From assembly GCA_051294375.1 (NCBI GenBank), contig CM119264.1:20426248-20490247 (forward strand): a stretch of 64,000 nucleotides of DNA. Reading direction: 5' to 3'. The position numbers and the translations under genes were made by a program. Position 1 is the stretch's first letter; every line of letters starts with the position of its first letter. Below are positions 25,101-36,400 of this stretch, piece by piece. The DNA comes from Paraspadella gotoi. Taxonomy: Eukaryota; Animalia; Chaetognatha. The notes beneath the pieces are model-generated. The model was not told the DNA's origin. It ran no database searches and saw nothing but the letters and a program-made list of their open reading frames with translations.

Positions 25101-27244
25101 AAATAATTTCTTTAAGAACCAAATTTGTCGGTTAATGAATTTTTTCTCCATATTTTTTCAAATCAATCTTAAACATTTGAAACTTTTCCAACAACCTCAG
25201 AGGGCTTCTATGATAATCAGCATACGAGAAAAAGTTGTTTTTGTCAAAAAAGAGAGGTTTATCCGGAAATTTAGTCCATTTGGATCACTGTGCCACAGCA
25301 AACTTACTACTGAAATGTCAAGCTTGAAAAATCTTAGTGCAAACAAATCTCAAAATTATAAGCAGCATAAACAGGAAAAGGTTGAGAAAAGAAAAACACT
25401 AAGAAACCAAACAGATCCTATCAGAATCATCCCAAAACTGATGGATCTTAAAATCAAACCACCATCAATCCACCAAAACCTAAAAATCAGATACAACCAG
25501 CTAAACCCATTGGCAAAGTCTAGAAGGCACTACATGCTCTAAAACAAATTAACAGATTGAATCCATTACATTACAATGACCCCTGGATGATGGAACAATA
25601 CCTCCCATGGTGGACTTCAACTTCTCCACAGCCCTTCATCCACACCTGAGGAGGACTTATGAGCTCGACAAGGGGCTAATATACAGACATAGGAGATGGA
25701 TGAATAGAGACTTGGGATAAGGAACACGCTCGACCAATTCTCAGATACACGAGAAGGTCTCGCAATGGGAGGGGGGTGACAACGCAGAGAATGGATTATC
25801 AAGTGGCTTGTCTCTCTTGGCTTCTCCGTCTTTTCTTCTGATTGACCAATCAGAGAGGAGGCTTCCCTGAGGAAACCGACGGCAGAGAAACGAGAGAGGG
25901 AACTGGATCACTCTTCAACTTACCTTCAAGAAACAAACATCAAACTCCTTATGGACTATTTGTTATATTGTTTATTGCCTGCCTTTTCTCTGCATAATCT
26001 ACATATTTTGTATGTTAATTATCATCATCCTAACGTGTTCTTATGTCAATAAAACTCCTCCTATTTCTTCCTTAATAAACCACGCCTACTTCCTTCTTTG
26101 CTAGGTATTGAAAAGAAAACAAGTTTGAGCAAACAATGTCGGATCTGCCTACGATAATTAATTAATTAATTATTAAATAATTTTTAATTAATCAATTATT
26201 AATTAATTTTTAATTAATTAATTATTATTTAATTATTAATTAATTATTAATTATTAATAAATAATTATTATTAATTTATTAATTAATTAATTTTAATTAA
26301 TAATAATAATTAATTAATTATATTTTATTTTATGTCTCTTTCTCTCTTCTCTCTCTCTCTCTCTCTTTTATGCAATTGCGACGATTGCTTTTAAGATTTT
26401 TTTAACTTGCATCAATTTTTCAACTTGCATCATTTTTTCATTTGCATCATTTTTCAATTTGCATCATTTTTTCAATTTGCATCATTTTTTCAACTTTCAT
26501 CATTCTTTCAACTTGCATCATTTTTTCAACTTGCATCATTTTTCAACTTGCATAAATTTTTTTAAATTGCATCATTTTTTCACATTAATTAATTAATTAA
26601 TAATTATTTAATTAATTAATTAATTAATAAAACATTTATTAGTAATCATTAATTCCATTTAAACTCATTTCCACCTGCACCATTCCGTCAAAACTTTATA
26701 TCTGGCTTCTTCTCACACTTTCCTACCGGCTCACAAAATTTCATCTCAATCTATCATGGGTTAAAATAAATAAAAAGATTCAAGTAAATGTGACTCATAT
26801 TTTTTCATTTAAACTCATTTCCACTCGCACGATTCCATCGAAACTTTATATCCAGCTTCATCTCACACTGTCCTACCCACACACAAAATTTCATCCAATC
26901 CAACCAGCCAATCACGAGTTATTGGAGCTTTTTGCTAAGGTGGGACGGATGACGGATTAATTGACTGATTAATTAAAAATCTTTAAAGCATAAGGAATCG
27001 AGCCTACTTTTGATGATAACCAAATATTGATGCGATGATAACCAATATTGATGCGATGATAACCAATAATTGATGCGATGATAATAAATAACTGATGTGA
27101 TGTAATCAGAATGATGATATATTCATTGATGTGATGATAATCATTCATTGATATGATGAATCATTCATTGATGCGATGATAGTCATTCATTGACGCGATG
27201 AGTCATTCATCGTAAATAAAACAAACAAATGCGTGTATGAATGA

Positions 27245-27284
<40 letters not shown>

Positions 27285-28301
27285 AAGAGTGAGAGAGGCT
27301 GGTCAGTTTTCACTCTCGTTTATATAAAGTATAATCAGAAGCTGGACCGCCCTGCAGAGCTGAACTCGTTTTTCGACGTATCTGAGTAGGGACGAACTCT
27401 TTTCCTTTCCTTTGAATGAAATTTTAGATTGTTCTTTTTTTAAGAAGAAACCAGACCGAGGTCAAATTTCATATTTGCATATTTAACTATTTATAAATAT
27501 TTATCCCAACTCAAATAATTATTATTTAAAAAAGAATAAAAATGATTAAATATATACACTAAAAAAATTTACAATTTTAAAATTGTAAAAATTATTAGAA
27601 TAACAAAAAAAGTAATGTTTAATTTGACAATATCTCTCTTCTCAACTCCTATTTAGATATAATTTGCCAATAGTGGGCCGACCGGTCCAAAGTTACAGTA
27701 ATAAACAAAAACAAAAAAAATTTTTTTGTTAGAAAGTTATATATGTAATTAAATTAATCCGCGCAATTGCCGGACATATAGCAGCTATATGTACAGCAGC
27801 AAGCTGATGTACATGTGACATTGCCTGCATTATAAGTTATTTTTTCCTTTTTTCTAAAAGGAATCCATGAAAATCTCGGATGTAAATTTGGGTTTTGTAT
27901 AGAGAAAAAAAAATAAATGGCGATAATAAAAGTTTTTAGAAGGAAAAAATAATAAGAATTTTTCAAAACAGAACGGTCGTACATAGAGAGAGAGAGACAG
28001 AGAGAGAGAGAGAGTGAAAAAGTGACTAAAAAATTTTTTTGTAAAAAAAAAAGAGAAGAGAGAGAGAGAGATAGAGAGAGCCGGAACTCGTTTACTCGTC
28101 GCGCAGTGACGGAGGTAAAAAAAAGGTGACTAAAAATTATTTTGTACAAAAAAAAGAGATAGAAAGAGAGAAAGAGAGAGAGAGACAGATAGAGAGAAAG
28201 ATAGATAGAGAGAGAGAAAGAGAGGAGAGAGAGAGACGCGGAACACGTGTTTACTCGTTTACAAGTGAATAAATTTTTTTTTGTAAAAAAAAAAAGAGAG
28301 A

Positions 28302-28366
<65 letters not shown>

Positions 28367-28724
28367 AGAGAGGAGAGGGAGAGAGAAGAGAGAAAGTTTT
28401 CCCGCCAACGATACGCAATATTAGGTCACTCTGTTTATATCGGCGTGATCTCGGTCAAGTTGATTTTTTTTATACACGTAACGCGTTATTAGGTCATGTT
28501 CCTCGACATTGTTACTCGTTGCCCCGCAACGGCCACGAAATCCAGGTGAAGTTAGTTATTCTTCACATTTTCTCAAAAAATCCACGAAAATCTCAGATGT
28601 AAATTTGGGATTTTGTATTGAGAAAGAAGCGCGGAATAAATGGCGATAATAAAGTTTTAGAAGGAAAGAAATAATAAGAATTTTTCAAACGGTGGTAAAA
28701 AAGTGAATAATTTTTTTTTTGTAA

Positions 28725-28770
<46 letters not shown>

Positions 28771-30241
28771 GGAGGAAGACGGAGGAGAGAGAGAGAGAGG
28801 CCTGAACTCGTTTTTTTTAACGATTCAGAAAAGGCAGCGCCTGATCAAATATATATGTTTTTAGAAAAGAAAAAATAATCAGAATTTTTCAAAAAACGAA
28901 GATCACGCAAGAGATCGCACACAAAGAGAGACAGAGAGAAACTGAACTCGTTTTTAAACGATTCAGAAAAGGCAGCGCCTAAAAAAAAATATATATAATT
29001 AAAAAATAAATAAAAGAAGGCAAAATGTTACAATGGTTTACAATTGGAAACTTTTCCAATTTTTTCCAATCGCAGCTTGTAAAGATTTATTTTTTATTTG
29101 TATTAAAATTAAGATATAGCTTCTCATTAAAAAATCTTTGAGTTCCCATTTTTTATTAGAAATTTAAAAAAATTTTTTGAATTTCATCTTCAATATTATA
29201 TACTGCAATATGTAAATTAGCTTAAAGCATTTCTATATACTAATTTGGATATTATAATGAGTACTATAATCTCATTTGCATATTGCAGTAAATCATAATG
29301 AAGTGGAAATTCAAACAAAAAATACTTAAATCCAAATGTAATATGAAAATATCACAGCTATTTCAAGATGAAAAGCCATATCTAAAATTTAACTTACTAT
29401 GATCGCACACTTTTGTAAAACTTTATCATAATTCATAATAATTTTTATTTTAAAAAAAACGGTAAGTCACAGCCAAACCTATAAAAGCGTAGTAGTTTTT
29501 TATATATGAAAACAGCGTGACCACGACGACGACGACGACGACGTCACAAAGAAGCAACCCTAAAACATTATAGAGCCTGACCCGGCTTCGCCCGTCAAGG
29601 CTCGATAATTATTGATTAATTGACTAATTTATTTTAACTGAATAATTATTTGATTTATTAATACATCCTGCATATACATTTAATTAAAAGGAAAAAGAAG
29701 CATAATCAATTTTTTGTTTTTTCCATTTAAACTCATTTCCACTCAAACGATTCCATCGAAACTTGTTTTCCTGTTCAATCACACACTTTCCTACCCACAT
29801 ACAAAATTCTAGGTCAATTGCCCCATCCACTCATGAGCAATTAATTAGGCAATTAGTTAATTAATTTGATTTGAAATGTTTTGTTTTAGGTATTTTCGTC
29901 ACTAACCATGACAAAAGCAATGACGACGATGAGAATAATGCCGATAACGATTGACTTGATTGATTGATTGAATAATCAAATAATAGATAAATGAATTGAT
30001 TGATTAAATAATTAATTAATAGATAAATAAATTGATTGATTGAATAATTAATTGATTGATAAATTGACTGATTAATTAATTATTGATTAATTAACTGATT
30101 TTTCTCTTTTAATTATATGTAGCTATTCTCTCTCCTTTTTCCCAGTGCTGATTCATCTCCTGCTGCTTCTGCTGATGCCTTTTGATTTCTTTCTTTTTTT
30201 CTGCGTTCTCTGCTGCTGCCGCTGCTGATTCGTCCAAAACG

Positions 30242-30308
<67 letters not shown>

Positions 30309-30383
30309 AACATTTTTTTTATTTACTTTTTTTTTTATCATTTTGCTATTGCAACATCAAGTTTTAATTTCCTTTTTTTTTCC

Positions 30384-30445
<62 letters not shown>

Positions 30446-33400
30446 CAATTATGCAATTGCGACGATCCTTATGCTTTTAAGATTTTTTCAACTTGCATCA
30501 TTTTTTCAACTTGCATAATTTTATTAAATTGCAACATTTTTCCACATTAATTAATTAAAACATTTATTAGTAATCATAAATCATAAAGATTCAAGTAAAT
30601 GTGACTTATGTTTTTTCCATTTAAACTCATTTCCACTGGCACAATTCCGTCAAAACTTTATATCTAGCTGATTAATGAATTATTGATTAATTAATTGACT
30701 AATTGATTAATTAACTGATTAATTATTTGATTTATTAATACATCCTGCATATACATTTAATATAAAAGGAAAAAGAAGCATAATCAATTAGTGAAACAGT
30801 TTTTGTTTTTTTCATTTAAACTCATTTCCACTCAAACGATTCCATCGAAACTTGATTTCCTGTTCAATCACACACTTTCCTACCCACATATAAAATTCCA
30901 GGCCAATCGCCCCATCCACTCATGAGCAATTGGTGTTCAAATAGTGAATTATATTTTTTTGTTTTTCCATTTAAACCAATTTCCACTCGCACGATTCCCT
31001 CGAAACTTCATATACATCTCAATCACACACTTCCCTACCCGCACACAAAATTTCATTCCAATCCATCCATGCAATCACGAGTAATTGGTGTTTTTTGCTA
31101 AGGTGGGACGGACGGAGGGACGGACGGACGAACAGACAGACGGACGGACGGACATCAATTTTTTTGCATAATTTATCATAATTCGATGTTCTGACATGAT
31201 ATTAGTTAGTGCCCGACAATATTGAGGGGGCGGACCGACGGACCGACAAAGTGAGTTATAAGAAGCGGGATCTGCTGATAAGCAGATCCGACTAAAAACC
31301 TCAGCAATTTTTTTAGCAGGGTACAAAATCTGTAAAACAAATAATTTAGCCACATTATTTCACTCCCATTTGAAATCCGTGTAGTATTTCACTTTTAACG
31401 TCCCTGCCTTGTTTTGAATTTCGCCACGTTCTGACATCACTGGCTGCCTTTAGTTAAAACTAATCTTTTTCGATGTTTTCGTTCTCACTTTCGGTGACGC
31501 TTTTGGTGGCGCCAAATTCGCCCCCTCTTCTCCCCTCCCGATATTTTTCCCGCGCAAATCACACGTCGTTTCTTCTCACGAACGACGTCGCTCCATATTC
31601 ACACCATCTCACATTTCTTCACACAAACGTTTCCGGGTTTCTCTTGATCTTAAATATTGTGCTCGCGGTCAAACGCATTCATTTGCCAAAAAAATATTTC
31701 TTTATCTGAATTATAATCTTTCACAATCTATATGAACTCATAAACTGCTCTTTTCGGCGACGCGATCTCTCTTCCATCCTTTCGCGTCCGTCTCGCGACG
31801 ACCCTGTTTCACCTCACCAACGTCGTACCCACAGCCCCGCCCCGTCATTCCCGCGCTTTTGCCGGCCCACCCCCGCCGCAGCAACAACTGTCCTCCCAAG
31901 AGCTCCCGGAACCCGAGGCCACTCAATTGGCTCTACCCCACCGCCCCGAAAGAGCACCAGAGCCCTCCACCGCCCTGAACGACGACAGCCCATCGGGGAC
32001 GCCCGACAAGAAGAAAAAATTTGCCTTTACCTTCGGGCGAAACAAGAAGAAGAAATCGGGGCAGGAGGAGGCAGACACTGCGGCCGAGCTGGAGGCCGCC
32101 GCCAACGCCGCCATCGCCGTTCCCGCCACGCCCGTCTCCGCCCCCGCCTCCGCCTCGATGCTGGAAGAATCTCCGGGCCCGCCCGGCACCGAGGATCCCA
32201 TCTTCAAGCTTCTCTCAGAAGGGACGGACAAGAGGAACGTCGACCGACGGCTTTCTCGGCAAAAGACACTCTCCGACGAATGAGGTCGCTCTCTGCTCCA
32301 TATTCGACCAAACCGCGGGAAAAAAAATCAAAACAAAGAAAAACTCTTCGCTGCAGAAAACAACCAAATATAATTTCAAGTAACAAGTGAAATTATACAG
32401 TTGAAATAAAAAATAAGCAGCAATCAATGAAAAAGAATATTTGATCAAACGCGAGAGAGATTTTGATTTTGAAGTGGGAAGCCACGATTACTTTTGTTCA
32501 AACTGTCTTTTCTCTCTGTCGATGACAGTCCATTTACGCAAGTTGTTAGAGGAAAAGACGGTCGTTTTTCTTGAGAGATGTTCACTCCGAGACGATTTTT
32601 TTTCTTAGACTTCTCAAAAACATTTACCTCTTTTAAAATTGGCTGTTGTTTTTAAGTTTTGAATACTTTCCCCTGGGACCATCTTTTTCAAATGTCATTC
32701 AAAAGAAGGCGTTCTATTTAGCACTCCTTTTCTCATTTAAGAAAGACAGACTTCTCCCAGTTCGAAATATAAAATTTACCAAATTCATTCACACAACATC
32801 ACATCCAAATTAATGTCATACTTGAGCAAAGTGGCACATCCGAGAAACAAATAGAAGTTATGTGAAGAGCTTTATGCATTGTCTCTTTACAAGGATTTGG
32901 AGTTGAAAAGTAGACAGCATCCTTGAAATGACGTTGAATCAAAGTTCAATGTTCTCGTTATATTGTTCCGAGTCCCGATGTGAGAATGAGTCGTTTTTAC
33001 CAAAAAAATTACATCCACTCCAAAAGATTCGAAAAGAATGAATTAAAAATTAGTAAATTCAGAATTTGTGCGGACTTTCCTTGGTCTGGACTCCTCGACT
33101 TCATCAAGAATACGAATAGTTAGTCAAGAGCAAAATGTCTCGAATTCACGAGTTGATCCTCATAAAACGAAGAACCTCACAGAGAGTGTGGGCCAGGGGC
33201 AAATATTTGGCGGCGGCGTTTTCAGCGTCTTCGGCGCGGAGGCCAAACGGCCTCGTAAATAAATGTTTTGCCCCTTTGAGGCGCTGGAATTTGCCGAAGG
33301 AATTATTTGGAAGGAATTGTGGGCATATCTCCTTCTAGTTGAGTAAGTTGAGAGGTTTAGGAAAATATTCTGAAGAAATTTTGCTGTAGAAACTAACAGA

Positions 33401-36400
33401 TATATGTTGCTGTGTATTTTTGTATTAATGACGAATATGAATTTAATCTAGTTATTATTAAAATAATCTTATGAGGAGTAATGCATTAAATCCCTTTCTT
33501 ATTCAATGATTTGATGTGGCTAACTCTACCAATATATGTGCTCGAAAGGCTTAAATACTAGGGTGAAGTCAAAGTTTGATATCAAAATTTAGCAATTAAA
33601 TCTTGAACTGTATCTATTTTTCTTTATTTTTATTAATATAGTAACCCGGTCAGCTTACATAGTATTTCCTCTATATATTGTCAAAATTATAAATCGTTTT
33701 CTTCAAATTCTGTTAACAGATTCAGATTCCTGAAAAGAAGAAAAAATAAATCTTTTTTTAAGTAGGTTAAAATTTAAAAAAATTATATTTTTAAACTGAA
33801 AATTAAAAATGGGTAACTTAAATATGATTTTTTACATTTTTGACCAACTTAATGAAAATTTTTTTTAAAAAAATTAAAGGAAAAGGAATAATAATTTATT
33901 TTCAATAACAATAGTTTTTGTTCAATTGGACATATTTCGACTTTAATATTTATTATTACAAGTCTTCAAGTTGTTGAAAATAAATTATGATTCTATGGAC
34001 GGCACAAGTTTCAGATCAAGAATGATTTATTCTTCAACAAGATTATAAACAATAACAGTCAAAATGCTCAGATGCTAAGTCTATTACAATGGTATTTACA
34101 AAAGTCAACGTTTTGACCACAAATAAACTGGGGGAAACGAGCGGGGTCAGGTTGTTAAGGTCAAGTGGTTTGACCGAGGTTGCATGTTCTATATGTTCGT
34201 CCACAATTCCTTTTCCTCTAATCTCATACATAACGAATTGAAAGAAAATTATACAATGTTTAAAAAAGAATTATACTTTCTTTTTTCAACGAATTCAAGT
34301 CCCATCTAAAAATTTAAATATTTTCATTTTTATACATATTATTACTATGTATAAATATAACTTACTGGTGCTTCCATTTATTTTTTTTTTACATCACTCT
34401 AATAAATACAGCCCTGAGCTTGCGGTAAAAACTACACGCGTACTTTTGCATGCAGATCATAGATTCATAGTGTATTGTTTTTACCCCTATTTTTTAACTC
34501 TTTGAAAAATTTGGTTCCTGGAGATTTCTTTTTTTCTTGCGAGTGTAGAAGACGAAGGATTTTCCCATTTCCGAAAATCCATGAAACAAAAAGAATGAAT
34601 TATAGCCTTCCTCTGAATATTGAAAAAGGAAGCCAGAAAAAGAAGAGAAACGAGAGAAAAAATAATCTTTTGAGAAAAAAACTTCTTTATTGATAACCCA
34701 AGGTCAAAAACTTTGTTTTAAATTACAGAAACCAATATTCTATTTGTTTTGCAAGTACTTCTATGTTTTGTTCAAATTTTAAAAAAACTTTCTTTTTCTT
34801 TTTATTTCCCAACCAACACAATGCAATTCTCCACTGGCATTTTACTTTAACTCCAACCAAATCACTCATCCTAAAATATCGATCGGTGAAATTCGATATC
34901 TAATTATGATTCTAACTTCATCCCTTTTTTTTATGATATCTTTTACATTGTTAAATTAATATTGCGAATATTCAACATATCTCTCCTTTTAAACGCCGAA
35001 ATTTGCCTTTAACACGATCTTGTGAAATAAGTGCAATCTCTCAAACGTACATCTCAACAACTTTAACATCGGTGCGTCATTTTTCAAAGCGGATACTTTG
35101 GAGAATCTAAGGATACGTCTATTCAGTTCAGTGCCTCAAAGCAATTTTAATATCACATTTGCAAAGGATATTCGTGGATGCCCAACGCACAAATTTTTCT
35201 CGCTTGTTAAAAAAAAAGGACTTTCTCTCAATATTGTATGACAACAACATTGTGATAATGTACATAAAATGATGATTTTTCTCCGGCTTTATGTTACGCT
35301 GGTCCACTTCTCCCCTCACTCTTTTGCCCCTTTCCGTTTTTTAGTAAATTTTCTTTTTTTTTACAATCAAAAGCCCGATTTAACGAGATTCACGGGTTAT
35401 AATTGTTTATTTTTAAATTTAAAAAAAAATAAATAACTATCATGGAAGATCGGAATTGATAGGTATTTTTATTTTATTTTATTTTTTTTTTTTTTGATTG
35501 CGAAAAAGGAGGAAAGGCAGTTAGTTTACGAAAGACTCTTAGACTTTTACAGACTAACTGAAGTTCCTACTTTCCCTTTTCGTATTTTGGCCAATGCCAC
35601 GACTGATCACACTGTTAATGGGAACTTTTCTAGTCACACTCTGTATCCAGACAACGTATTCCAGGTTTTTTTCATTCTGACGATTATTTTAATTAACTAA
35701 AAAACCTACAAGGCCCGTTGTCTGATCTTTGTTGATATGGACTTGAATTTTAGTTTAGAAAAATACCCAACGACTTTGGTATGTAGTGATTTGTAATTTC
35801 ATGGCATCTATTGATTGTTTTCTGTTTAAAGATTCGAGAATTTTTCATATTTTATAATTTTTTAATCTTTGTAACAAAAATAATAGTGTCATAAACAGAT
35901 CATTTTAGAGTTGACGTATTTGGGTCCTCTAGATCGAATGGCATCAAAACATTGCTCCCTACTTAATGTATTGGTGATTTTTATGTAAAAATGTAAAGAT
36001 GTCGCTTTTCTATTACAGAAATATTTAATCTATAAAATTACTATATTTTATGTAAATAACATTTTTATATACTTCACGTTAATAATCTCTCATAAGAGTA
36101 GGTAGACATTTGTATTTTAAAACCAAATATCACGCGCTTCCCATTTTTAAAAACATGTGAAATTATTTTAATTAATCATCCCTTTAAAGGAGTGTGATTA
36201 ATTTTTCTTACTTTATCGGCACTTTGACGTGTAAACGGTTCTACCTTTAGGTATTTGCAGACAATTAATAACAATAAAGTCGCCTAAGGCTAAGAATTAA
36301 CACATTTTAAAGTCCAAGAAAATAGCAATTACACAAATATTGTCAGACAGATGCTTGGAAAATATAGTTAACTAAGTTAGTGTTGAGAAGTGCAAATCTG

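Larger units (their letters stand above)
20100..26100 (+). mobile_element. Non-autonomous LTR retroelement with single accessory-type ORF
   Basis: Direct repeats 20100-20376 and 25780-26100, near-identical apart from a few substitutions and a ~44 bp indel. CTAG on both flanks (20096-20099, 26101-26104). TGG-initiated PBS directly after the 5' LTR and G-rich PPT before the 3' LTR. Confidence 0.9.
26120..31293 (-). mobile_element. Expanded composite HINE family 1 element (~5.2 kb)
   Basis: Stem-loop/subTIR at 26123-26148. GGATCTGCTGATAAGCAGATCCGAC at the other end. Several internal core copies, TTAA-rich and (CT)n tracts. Confidence 0.8.
19714..31381. mobile_element. Tc1/mariner-type MITE split by nested insertions
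   Basis: TA|CACGGATTTCAAATGGGAGTGAAAT at 19714 and its exact reverse complement followed by TA ending at 31381. About 490 bp remain once the nested elements are removed. Confidence 0.85.

Noticed and set aside
1075-28700. Inverted similarity between 1-1340 and 27000-28700 as TIRs of one giant transposon (Polinton-like)
   Set aside because: Both are dispersed copies of a HINE-like family, with a third copy near 60.2 kb. There are no polB, integrase or capsid ORFs between them.
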